64,000 nt of DNA from contig JASTWF010000034.1 of assembly GCA_030390025.1 (NCBI GenBank), forward strand, positions 2,542,001 through 2,606,000, written 5' to 3'. Below the pieces are notes generated by a model that did not search any database, was not told where the DNA came from, and worked only from the letters and a program-made list of their open reading frames with translations. This document shows positions 48,201-60,300 of this stretch, in pieces. This DNA comes from Squalus acanthias. Its lineage: Eukaryota. A program made the position numbers and the translations under genes. The first letter of the stretch is position 1. Each line of letters opens with the position of its first letter.

Positions 48201-51154
48201 ATGACAACAGAGAGGGTCATAGACATAGGTAGCAGTAGGGGAATCACAAATCAGAGCGTGGCAGGAAGGGACAGAGTGTGTGGAGTAAAAGGTAAAGTGG
48301 TAAAAAGTGAAAAAGCAGGAACTAAGTGCCACAAAGCATATTTGAAAGTTCTCTATCTGAATGCACGTAGCATTCGTAACAAAATAGATGAGTTAATGGC
48401 ACAAATAACTACATATGGTTATGATATTGTGGCCATTACAGAAACATGGCTGCAGGGTGACAATGCCTGGGAATTAAACATACCAGGTTATTTAACGATC
48501 AGGAAGGACAGGCAGGAAGGAAGGGGAGGTGGGGTGGCTATGTTAATAAAGGAAGGAATCACTGTAATACAGAGTAATGATATTGGGTCAAAAAATCATG
48601 ATAATGAAACAGTTTGGGTGGAGATAAGGAATAATAAGGGGAAAAAAAGCACTAGTGGACATAGTCTATAGGCCTCCGAACAGTTGCAACTCTGTTGGAT
48701 GGAGTATCAATCAGGAAATAGTTGAGGCATGTAATAAGGGAACATCTATAATTATGGGGGATTTTAACTATCATATTAATTGGACAAATCAAATGGGGCA
48801 GGGCTGCCTTGAGGATGAGTGCATTGAGTGTATTAGGGATGGGTTTCTTGAGCAGTATGTAACTGAACCGACCAGGGGGCAAGCAACCTTAGATCTGGTC
48901 CTGTGTAACGAGACAGGATTAATTAAAATGTCCTAGTAAAGGATCCCCTTGGAATGAGTGACCATAACATGGTTGAATTCCATATTCAATTAGAGGGTGA
49001 GAAGGTTGGATCTCAAACAAGCGTGCTAAGCTTGAATAAAGGAGACTATGAAGGTATGCGAGCGGAATTGAGTAGAGTGGATTGGGAAAATAGATTAAAG
49101 GGTAAGACGACACATGATCAGTGGTGTACATTCAAGGAGTTATTTTACAACTTCCAAAAAATATATATTCCACTGAAAAGAAAAGGGTGTAAAAGAAAGG
49201 ACAGTCATCCATGGCTAAGTAAAGAAATTAAGGATAGTATTCGACTAAAAACAAGGGCATATAAGGTAGCGAAATCTAGTGGGAGGACAGAGGATTGGGA
49301 AAACTTTAAAAGGCAGCAAAAAATAACAAAAAGATTGATTAAGAAAGGGAAGATAGATTATGAAAGTAAATTAGCAATAAATATAAAAACAGGTAGTAAG
49401 AGTTTTTATAGTTATATAAAAAGAAAAAGGGTGGCTATAAAGTAAATGTTGGTCCCTTAGAGGATGAGACCGGGAAATTAATGGTGTGAAATATGGAGAT
49501 GGCAAAAACACTGAATGAATATTTTGTATCAGTCTTTACAGTAGAGGACACTAAGAATATCCCAACACTGGACAAACAGGGGGCTATAGGGGAAGAGGAG
49601 CTAAACACGATCAAAATCACTAAGGAAGTGCTACTCGGTAAAATAATGGGACTCAAGGCGGATAAATCACCTGGACCTGATGGCTTACATCCTAGAGTCT
49701 TGAAGGAAGTGGCGGTAGGGATTGTAGATGCATTGGTAATAATTTTTCAAAACTCCCTGGATTCCGCTAAGGTCCCGGCAGACTGGAAAACTGCTAATGT
49801 AACACCCTTATTTAAAAAGGGCAGTAGACAGAAGGCTGGTAACTATAGACCGGTTAGCCTAACATCTGTGGTAGGTAAAATTTTGGAGTCCATTATTAAG
49901 GAAACAGTAACAGGACATTTGGATAATCATAATTTAATAGGACAAAGTCAGCATGGTTTTACGAAGGGGAAGTCATGTTTGACAAATTTGCTGGAGTTCT
50001 TTGAGGAAGTAACATATAGAGTGGATAAAGGGGAACCAGTGGACGTAGTGTATTTACACTTCCAAAAGGCATTTGACAAGATGCCACACAAAAGATTATT
50101 GCTTAAGGTAAAAAATCACGGGATTGGGGGTAATATTCTGGCATGGATAGAGGATTGGCTATCTAACAGAAAGCAAAGAGTTGGGATAAATGGTTCATTC
50201 TCAGACTGGCAATCAGTAACTAGTGGTGTTCCACAGGGGTCAGTGCTGGGGCCCCAACTCTTTACAATCTATATTAACGATTTGGAGGAAGGGACCAAGT
50301 GTAACATATCAAAATTTGCAGATGATACAAAGATGGGAGGGAAAGTAGTGAGTGAGGAGGACATAAAAAACCTGCAAGGGGACATAGACAGGCTAAGTAA
50401 GTGGGCAGAGATTTGGCAGATGGAATACAACACTGGAACGTGTGAGGTGATGCACTTTGGCAGGAAAAATCCTAGAGCAATTTATTATCTTAATGGCAAG
50501 AAACTGGAGAGTACTGAAGTGCAAAGGGATCTGGGGGTCCTGGTGCACGAAACTCAAAAGGTTAGTATGCAGGTGCAGCAAGTGATTAAGAAGGCAAATG
50601 GAATGTTGGCTTTCATTGCTAGGGGGATAGAATATAAAAATAGGGAGGTATTGCTTCAGTTGTACAAGGTATTGGTGAGACCGCACCTGGAATACTGCAT
50701 ACAGTTTTGGTGTCCTTACTTAAGGAAAGACATCCTTGCTCTCGAGGCAGTGCAAAAAAGGTTCACTCGGCTAATCCCGGGGATGAGGGGGTGGTCATAT
50801 GAGGAGAGGTTGTGTAGATTGGGACTCTACTCATTGGAGTTCAGAAGAATGAGAGGCGATCTTATTGAAACATATAAGATTGTGAAGGGGTTGGATCGGG
50901 TGGGTGCGGGGAGGATGTTCCCGATGACGGGTGAGACTGGAACTAGGGGACATAGTCTTAGAATAAGGGGCTGCTCTTTCCAAACTGAGATGAGGATGAA
51001 CTACTTCACTCAGAGGGTGGTAGGTCCATGGAGTATGCTGCCACAAAAAGCTGTAGAAGCTACATCATTAAATAAATTTAAAACAGAAATAGACAGTTTC
51101 CTAGAAGTAAAGGGCATTAAGGGTTACGGGGAGCGGGCAGGAATTTGGACATGA
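48201..51154 (+). pseudogene. CR1 ORF2 (APE endonuclease plus reverse transcriptase), broken into four ORFs
   Basis: YLNARS, ITETW, YRPP, GDFN, SDH, NYRPVSL, GVPQGSVLGP, FADD; breaks near 48645, 48930 and 49440. Confidence 0.93.
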
Positions 51155-51397
51155 GTCTAGGTTCGGATCGGTCATGGCCCTATGGGTAGTGGAGCGGGCC
51201 CAGGGACCGTGTAGCCTGATTCTGCTCCTATTTCGTGTGTGCAATTCTGTTAGATGCAGGAGATGGTTCTGTGATAGATAGTAGATTGGCGGTTAGGATC
51301 AGATCAGCCATGATCTTATTGAATGGCGGAGCAGGCTCGAGGGGCCGATTGGTCTACTCCTGCTCCAATTTCTTATGTTCTTATGTTCTTATGTTCT

Positions 51398-54300
51398 GTC
51401 TCTTTAAAAAGCCTGTGTGACTAGTGCTGTCTCTTTAAAAAGGTTATTTGACTGGTCCTGTATCTTTTAAAACCTGTGTGACTGGTCCTGTCTCTTTAAA
51501 AAGTCTGTGTGACCGGTCCTGTCTCTTTAAAAATCCTGTGTGTCTGGTCATGTATCTTTAAAAAGCCAGTGTGACTGTTCCTGTGTCTATAAAAATCCTG
51601 TGTGACTAGTAATGTCTGTTTAGAAAGCCTGTGTGACTGGTCCTCTCACTTTAGAAAGCCTGTGTGACTGGTCCTGTCTCTTTAAAAAGGCTGTGTGACT
51701 GGTCCTGTCTCTTTAAAAAGCCTGCGTGACTGGTTCTGTCTCTTTAAAAAGCCTGTGTGATTGGACCTGTCTCTTTAAAAAGCCTGCGTGACTGGTTCTG
51801 TCTCTTTAAAATGCCTGCGTGACTGGTTCTGTCTCTTTAAAAAGCCTGCGTGACAGGTTCTGTTTCTTTAAAAAGCCTTTGTGACTGGGCTTGTCTATCT
51901 AAAAAGCCTGTGTGACTGGTCCTGTCTCTTTAAAAAGCCTGTGCGGCTGGTGCTGTTTCTTTAAATACCTGAGTGACTGGTCCTGTCTCTTTAAAAGGAC
52001 TGTGTGACTGGTTCTGTCTCTTTAAAAAGCCTGTATGACTAGTGCTGTCTCTTTAAAAAGTCTGTGTGACCGGTCCTGTGTCTTTAAAAAACCTGTGTCA
52101 CTGTTCCTGTCTCTTTAAAAATCCTGTGTGACTGGTCCTGTTTCTTTAAAAAGACTGTGTGATTGGTGCTGTCTCTTGAAAAGGCCTGTGTGACTGGTCC
52201 TGTCTCTTTAAAAAGCCTGTGTGATTGGTCCTATCTCTTTAAAAGGACTGTTCGACTTGTCCTGTGTCTTTAAAAAGCTTGTCTCAATGGTCCAGTCTCT
52301 ATAAAAAGCCAGTGTGACTGTTCCGGTGTTATTAAAAGTTCTGTGTGACTGGTCCTGTCTCTTTAAAAAGCCTGTGTGATGGCTCCTGTCTCTTCGAAAA
52401 GCCTGAGTGACAGGTGCTGACTGTTTAAAAAGCCTGTTTGACTGATACTGTCTCTTTAAAAAGCCTGTGTGACCGGTGCTGTCTCTTTAAAAATCCTGTG
52501 TGACTGTTCCTGTCTCTTTAAAAAGCCAGCGTGACTGGTTCTGTCTCTTTAAAAAGCCTGCGTGACTGGACCTGTCTATCTAAAAAGCCTGCGTGACTGG
52601 TCCTGTCTCTTTAAAAAGTCTGTTCGGCTGGTGCTGTCTCTTTAAATACCTGAGTGACTGGTCCTGTCTCTTGAAAAGGACTGTGTGACTGGTTCTGTCT
52701 CTTTAAAAAGCCTGTGTGACTAGTACTGTCTATTTAAAAAGCCTGCATGACTGGGCCAGTCTCTTTAAAATGCCAGTGTGACTGTTCCTGTCTCTTTAAA
52801 AAGCCTGTTTGACTGGTCCTGTCTCTTTAAAAAGCAGTGTGACTGTTCGTGTGTCTATAAAAATCCTGTGTGACGAGTACTGTCTGTTTAAAAAGCCTGT
52901 GTGACTGGTCCTGTCACTTTAGAAAGCCTGTGTGACTGGTCCTGTCTCTTTAAAAAGCCTGTGTGACTGGACCTGTCTCTTTAAAAAGACTGCGTGACTG
53001 GTTCTGTCTCTTTAAAAAGCCTGCGTGACTAGTTCTGTCTCTTTAAAAAGCCTGCGTGACTGGTTCTGTTTCTTTAAAAAGCCTGTGTGACTGGGCTTGT
53101 CTATCTAAAAAGCCTGTGTGCCTGGTCCTGTATCTTTAAAAAGCCTGTGCGGTTGGTGCTGTCTCTTTAAATACCTGAGTGACTAGTCCTGTCTCTTTAA
53201 AAAGCCTGTGAGACTAGTGCTGTCTCTTTAACAAGTCTGTGTGACCGGTCCTGTCTCTTTAAAAAACCTGTATCACTGTTCCTGTCTCTTTAAAAATCCT
53301 GTGTGACTGGTCCTGTTTCTTTAAAAAGACTGTGTGACTGGTGCTGTCTCATTAAAAGGCCTGTGTGACTGGTTCTGTCTGTTTAAAAAGGCTGTGTGAC
53401 TGATCCTGTCTCTTTAAAAAGTCTGTGTGACCGGTCCGGTCTCTTTAAAAAATCTGTGTCACTGTTCCTATCTCTTTAAAAATCCTGTGTGACTGGTCCT
53501 GTCTCTTTAAAAAGCCTGCGTGACTGGTCCTGTCTCTTTAAAAAGCCTGTGTGACTGGTCCTGTCCCTTTAAAAAGCCTGTGTGATGGCTCCTGTCTCTT
53601 CGAAAAACCTGAGTGACAGGTGCTGACTCTTTAAAAAGCCTGTGTGACTGGTCCTGTCTCTTTAAAAAGCCTGCGTGACTGGTTCTGTCTCTTTAAAAGC
53701 CTGTGTGACTGGTCCTGTCTCTTTAAAAAGCCTGTGTGACCGGTGCTGTCTCTTTGAAAATCCTGTGTGTTTGGTCCTGTCTCTTTAAAAAGCCTGCGTG
53801 ACTGGTCCTGGATCTTTAAAAAGCCTGTGTGACCGGTTCTGTCTCTTTAAAATCCTGTTTGACTGGTCCTGTCTCTTTAAAAAGCCTGCGTGACTGGTCC
53901 TGTCTCTTTAAAAAGCCTGTGCGGCTGGTGCTGTCTGTTTAAAAAGCCTGTGTGATTGGTCATGTCTCTTTACAAAGCCTGTGTGACTGGTGCTGTCTCT
54001 TTAAATACCTGTGTGACTGGTCCTGTCTCTTTAAGATGCCTGTGTGACTGGTCCTCTCTCTTTAAAAAGCCTGTGTTTGTGGTATTGTCACTTTAAAAAG
54101 CCTGTGTGACTGGTCCTGTCTCTTTAAAAAACCTGTGTGTCTGATCATGTCTCCTTAAAAAGTCTGTGTGACTGGTCCAGTCTCTTTAAAAAGCCTGTGT
54201 GACTAGTGCTGTCTCTTTAAAAAGGCTGTGTGACAAGTCCTGTCTCTTTAAAAAGCCTGTGTGACTGGTCCTGTCTCTTTAAAAAGTCTGTTTGACAGGC

Positions 54301-57300
54301 CCTGTCTCTCTATAATACCAGTGTCACTGGTCCTGTCTCTTCAGCAATTCTGTGTGACTGGTCCTGTTTCTTTAAAAAGACTGTGTGACTGGTGCTGTCT
54401 CTTTAAATACCTGAGTGACTGGTCCTGTCTCGTTAAAAGCACTGTGTGCCCGGTTCTGTCACTTTAAAAAGCACGTGTGACTGGTCCTGTCTCTTTAAAA
54501 AGCCTGTGTGATTAGTGCTGTCTCTTTAAAAAGGCTGTGTGACTGGTCCTGTCTCTTTAAAAAGCTTGTGTGACTGGTCCTGTCTCTTTAAAAAGTCTGT
54601 TTCACAGGCCCTGTCTCTTTATAATACCAATTTAACCTTTCCTGTCTCTTTAGAAATTCTGTGTGAGTGGTCCTGTTTCTTTAAAAAGACTGTGTGACTG
54701 GAGCTATCTCTATAAAAGGACTGTGTGACTGGTTCTGTCTCTTTAAAAAGCCTGTGTGACTGGTCCTGTCTCTTTAAAAAGCCTGTGTGACTGGTGGTGT
54801 CTCTTTAAATACCTGTGTGACTTGTCCTGTCTCTTCAAAAGGACTGTGTGACTGGTTCTGTATCATTAAAAAGCCTGTGTGACTGGTCCTGTCTCTTTAA
54901 AAAGTATGTGTTTGTGTTCCTGTCTCTTTAAAATGCGTGAGTGTCTGGTCCTCTCTCTTTAAAAAGCCTGCGTGACTGGTCATGTCTCTTTAAAAAGCCT
55001 GCCTGACTGGTCCTGTCTCTTTAAAAAGATGTGTGACTGATCCTGTCTCTTTAAAAAGCCTGTGTGACTGGTCCTGTCTCTTTAAAAAGCCAGAGTGACT
55101 GCTGCTGTCTCTTTAAAAAGCCTGTGTCACTGTTCCTATCTCTTTAAAAATCCTGTGTGACTGGTCCTGTCTCTTTAAAAAGCCTGCGTGACTGGTCCTG
55201 TCTCTTTAAAAAGCCTGTGTGACTGGTCCTGTCCCTTTAAAAAGCCTGTGTGATGGCTCCTGTCTCTTCGAAAAACCTGAGTGACAGGTGCTGACTCTTT
55301 AAAAAGCCTGTGTGACTGGTCCTGTCTCTTTAAAAAGCCTGCGTGACTGGTTCTGTCTCTTTAAAAGCCTGTGTGACTGGTCCTGTCTCTTTAAAAAGCC
55401 TGTGTGACCGGTGCTGTCTCTTTGAAAATCCTGTGTGTTTGGTCCTGTCTCTTTAAAAAGCCTGCGTGACTGGTCCTGGATCTTTAAAAAGCCTGTGTGA
55501 CCGGTTCTGTCTCTTTAAAATCCTGTTTGACTGGTCCTGTCTCTTTAAAAAGCCTGCGTGACTGGTCCTGTCTCTTTAAAAAGCCTGTGCGGCTGGTGCT
55601 GTCTGTTTAAAAAGCCTGTGTGATTGGTCATGTCTCTTTACAAAGCCTGTGTGACTGGTGCTGTCTCTTTAAATACCTGTGTGACTGGTCCTGTCTCTTT
55701 AAGATGCCTGTGTGACTGGTCCTCTCTCTTTAAAAAGCCTGTGTTTGTGGTATTGTCACTTTAAAAAGCCTGTGTGACTGGTCCTGTCTCTTTAAAAAAC
55801 CTGTGTGTCTGATCATGTCTCCTTAAAAAGTCTGTGTGACTGGTCCAGTCTCTTTAAAAAGCCTGTGTGACTAGTGCTGTCTCTTTAAAAAGGCTGTGTG
55901 ACAAGTCCTGTCTCTTTAAAAAGCCTGTGTGACTGGTCCTGTCTCTTTAAAAAGTCTGTTTGACAGGCCCGTCTCTCTATAATACCAGTGTCACTGGTCC
56001 TGTCTCTTCAGCAATTCTGTGTGACTGGTCCTGTTTCTTTAAAAAGACTGTGTGACTGGTGCTGTCTCTTTAAATACCTGAGTGACTGGTCCTGTCTCGT
56101 TAAAAGCACTGTGTGCCCGGTTCTGTCACTTTAAAAAGCACGTGTGACTGGTCCTGTCTCTTTAAAAAGCCTGTGTGATTAGTGCTGTCTCTTTAAAAAG
56201 GCTGTGTGACTGGTCCTGTCTCTTTAAAAAGCTTGTGTGACTGGTCCTGTCTCTTTAAAAAGTCTGTTTCACAGGCCCTGTCTCTTTATAATACCAATTT
56301 AACCTTTCCTGTCTCTTTAGAAATTCTGTGTGAGTGGTCCTGTTTCTTTAAAAAGACTGTGTGACTGGAGCTATCTCTATAAAAGGACTGTGTGACTGGT
56401 TCTGTCTCTTTAAAAAGCCTGTGTGACTGGTTCTGTCTCTTCAAAAGGACTGTGTGACTGGTTCTGTATCATTAAAAAGCCTGTGTGACTGGTCCTGTCT
56501 CTTTAAAAAGTATGTGTTTGTGTTCCTGTCTCTTTAAAATGCGTGAGTGTCTGGTCCTCTCTCTTTAAAAAGCCTGCGTGACTGGTCATGTCTCTTTAAA
56601 AAGCCTGCCTGACTGGTCCTGTCTCTTTAAAAAGATGTGTGACTGATCCTGTCTCTTTAAAAAGCCTGTGTGACTGGTCCTGTCTCTTTAAAAAGCCAGA
56701 GTGACTGCTGCTGTCTCTTTAAAAAGCCTGTGTGACTGGTCCTGTCTCTTTAAAAAACCTGTGTGAGTGGTGCTGTCTCTTTAAAAGGACTATGTGACTG
56801 GTTCTGTCTCTTTAAAAAGCCTGTGTGACTGTTCCTGTCTCTTTAAAAAGCCTGTTTGATTGGTGCTGTCTCTTTAAAAAACCTGTGTCTTTGGTCCTGT
56901 TTCTTTAAAAAGACTGTGTGGCTGGTCCTGTCTGTTTAAAATTCCTGTGTGACTGGGCATGTCTCTTTAAAAAGTCTATGTGACTGGACCTGTCTCTTTA
57001 AAAAGCCTGTGTGACTGGTCAAGTCTCTTTAAAAAGTCTGTGTGACTTGACCTGTCTCTTTAAAAAGCCTGTGTGACTGGGCTTGTCTCTATAAAAAGCC
57101 TGTGTGACTGGTCCTGTCTCTTTAAAAAGTCTGTGTGACGGGCCCAGTCTCTTTAAAAAGCCTGTGTGAATAGTGCTGCCTCTTTAAAAATTATGTGTGA
57201 CTGGTCCTGTCTCTTTAAAAAGCCTGTGTGACTGGTTCTGTCTCTTTAAAATGCTGTGTGACTGGTCCTCTCTCTTTAAAAGGACAGTGTGACTAGACCT

Positions 57301-60300
57301 GTGTCTTTAAAAACCCTGTGGGACTGGTCCCGTCTCTTTAATAGGAGTCTGTGACTAGTCCTGTGTCTTTAAAAATGCTGTGTTGCTGTTCCTGTCTCTT
57401 TAAAAAGATGTGTGACTGATCCTGTCTCTTTACAAAGCCTGTGTGACTGGTCCTGTCTCTTTAAAAAGCCAGAGTGACTGGTGCTGTCTCTTTAAAAAGC
57501 CTGTGTGACTGGTCCTGTCTCTATAAAAAACCTGTGTGACTGGTGCTGTCTCTTTAAAAGGACTGTGTGACTGGTTCTGTCTCTTTAAAAAGCCTGTGTG
57601 ACTGGTCCTGTCTCTTTAAAAAGCCTGTTTGACTGGTGCTGTCTCTTTAAAAAAACCTGTGTCACTGGTCCTGTTTCTTTAAAAAGACTGTGTGGCTGGT
57701 CCTGTCTGTTAAAAAATCCTGTGTGACTGGTCATGTCTCTTTAAAAAGCCTGTGTGACTGGTCAAGTCTCTTTAAAAAGTCTGTGTGACTTGACCTGTCT
57801 CTTTAAAAAGCCTGTGTGACTGGTCAAGTCTCTTTAAAAAGTCTGTGTGACTTGACCTGTCTCTTTAAAAAGCCTGTGTGACTGTGCTTGTCTTTTTAAA
57901 AAGCCTGTGTGACTGGTCCTGTCTCTTTAAAAAGTCTGTGTGACGGGCCCTGTCTCTTTAAAAAGCCTGTGTGAATAGTGCTGTCTCTTTAAAAATTATG
58001 TGTGACTGGTCCTGTCTCTTTAAAAAGCCTGTGTGACTGGTTCTGTCTCTTTAAAATGCTGTGTGACTGGTCCTCTCTCTTTAAAAGGACAGTGTGACTA
58101 GACCTGTGTCTTTAAAAATCCTGTGGGACTGGTCCCGTCTCCTTAATAGGAGTCTGTGACTAGTCCGTTGTCCTTAAAAATGCTGTGTTACTGGTCCTGT
58201 CTCTTTAAAAAGATGTGTGACTGATCCTGTCTCTTTAAAAAGCCTGTGTGACTGGTCCTGTCTCTTTAAAAAGCAAGAGTGACTGGTGCTGTCTCTTTAA
58301 ATAGCCTGTGTGACTGGTCCTGTCTCTATAAAAAACCTGTGTGACTGGTGCTGTCTCTTTAAAAGGACTGTGTGACTGGTTCTGTCTCTTTAAAAAGCCT
58401 TTGTGACTGGTCCTGTCTCTTTAAAAAGCCTGTGTGACTGGTCCTGTCTCTTTAAAAAGTCTGTGTGACTTGACCTGTCTCTTTAAAAAGCCTGTGTGAC
58501 TGGGCTTGTCTCTTTAAAAAGCCTGTGTGACTATTCCTGTCTCTTTAAAAAGTCTGTGTGACGGGCCCTGTCTCTTTAAAAAGTCTGTGTGACGGGCCCT
58601 GTCTCTTTAAAAAGCCTGTGTGAATAGTGCTGTCTCTTTAAAAATTATGTGTGACTGGTCCTGTCTCTTTAAAAAGCCTGTGTGACTGGTCCTATCTCTT
58701 TAAAAAGTCTGTGTGACGGGCCCTGTCTCTTTATAATACCAGTGTCACTGGTCCTGTCTCTTTAAATATCCTGTGTGACCGGTCCTGTTTCTTTAAAAAG
58801 ACTGTGTGACTGGTGCTGTCTCTTTAAAAGGACTTTGTGACTGGTTCTGTCTCTTTAAAAAGCCTGTGTGACTGATCCTGTCTCTTTAAAAAGCCTGTGT
58901 GACTGGTCCTGTCTCTTCAAAAAACCTGTGTGACCGGTCATGTCTCTTTAAAATGCCTGTGTGACCGGTGCTGTCTCTTTAAAAATTCTGTGTGACTGGT
59001 CCTGTATCTTTAAAAAGCCTGCGTGACTGGTCCTGTCTCTTTAAAAGCCTGTGTGACTGGTCCTGTCACTTTAGAAAGCCTGTGTGACTGGTCCTGTCTC
59101 TTTAAAAAGCCTGTGTTACTGGTTCTGTCTCTTCGAAAAGCCTGAGTGACAGGTGCTGACTCTTTAAAAAGCCTGTGTCACTGGTCTTGTCTCTTTAAAA
59201 AGCCTGCGTGACTGGTTCTGACTCTTTAAAAAGCCTGTGTTACTGGTGCTGTGTATTTAAAAAGGCTGTGTGACTGGTTCTGTCTGTTGAAAACGCATGT
59301 GTAACTGGTGCTGTTTCTTTAAAAAGCCTGTGTGACTGGTCCTGTATCTATAAAAAGCCTGTGTGACTGGTCCTGTCTCTTTAAAAAGCCTGTGTGACTG
59401 GTCCTGTCTCTTTCAAAAGCCTGCGTGACTGGTCCTGTCTCTTTAAAACGCCTGTGTGACTGCTAACGTCTCTTTAAAAAGCCTGTATCACTGGTACTGT
59501 CTCTTTAAAAAGCCTGTGTGGCTGGTGCTTTCTCTTTAAAATGCTGTGTGACTGGTCCTCTCTCTTTAAAAGGACTGTGTGACTAGTCCTGTCTCTTTAA
59601 AAGGACTGTGTGACTGGTTCTGTTTCTTTAAAAAGACTGTGTGACTGGTGCTGTCTCTTTAAATACCTGTGTGACTGGTCCTGTCTCTTTAAAAGCACTG
59701 TGTGCCTGGTTCTGTCTCTTTAAAAAGCCTGTGTGACTGGTCCTGTCTCTTTAAAACGCCTGTGTGACTGCTAACGTCTCTTTAAAAAGCCTGTATCACT
59801 GGTACTGTCTCTTTAAAAAGCCTGTGTGGCTGGTGCTTTCTCTTTAAAATGCTGTGTGACTGGTCCTCTCTCTTTAAAAGGACAGTGTGACTAGTCCTGT
59901 CTCTTTAAAAGGACTGTGTGACTGGTTCTGTTTCTTTAAAAAGACTGTGTGACTGGTTCTGTCTCTTTAAAAAGACTGTGTGACTGGTCCTGTCTCTTTA
60001 AAAAGCCTGTGTGTATAGTGCTGTCTCTTTAAAAATTATGTGTGACTGGTCCTGTCTCTTTAAAAAGTCTGTGTGACGGGCCCTGTCTCTTTAAAAAGCC
60101 TGTGTGAATAGTGCTGTCTCTTTAAAAATTATGTGTGACTGGTCCTGTCTCTTCAAAAAGCCTGTGTGACTGGTTCTGTCTCTTTAAAAAGCCTGTGTGA
60201 CTGGTCCTGTCTCTTTAAAAAGCCTGTGTGAATAGTGCTGTCTCTTTAAAAATTATGTGTGACTAGTCCTGTCTCTTTAAAAAGCCTGTGTGACTGGTCC

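Larger units (their letters stand above)
46692..51397 (+). mobile_element. Near full-length young CR1 LINE inserted in the satellite
   Basis: 5' repeat region, ORF1, ORF2 (APE plus RT), 3' UTR and (TTCTTATG)3 tail; no TSD, and a few bases of the monomer are lost. Confidence 0.96.
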
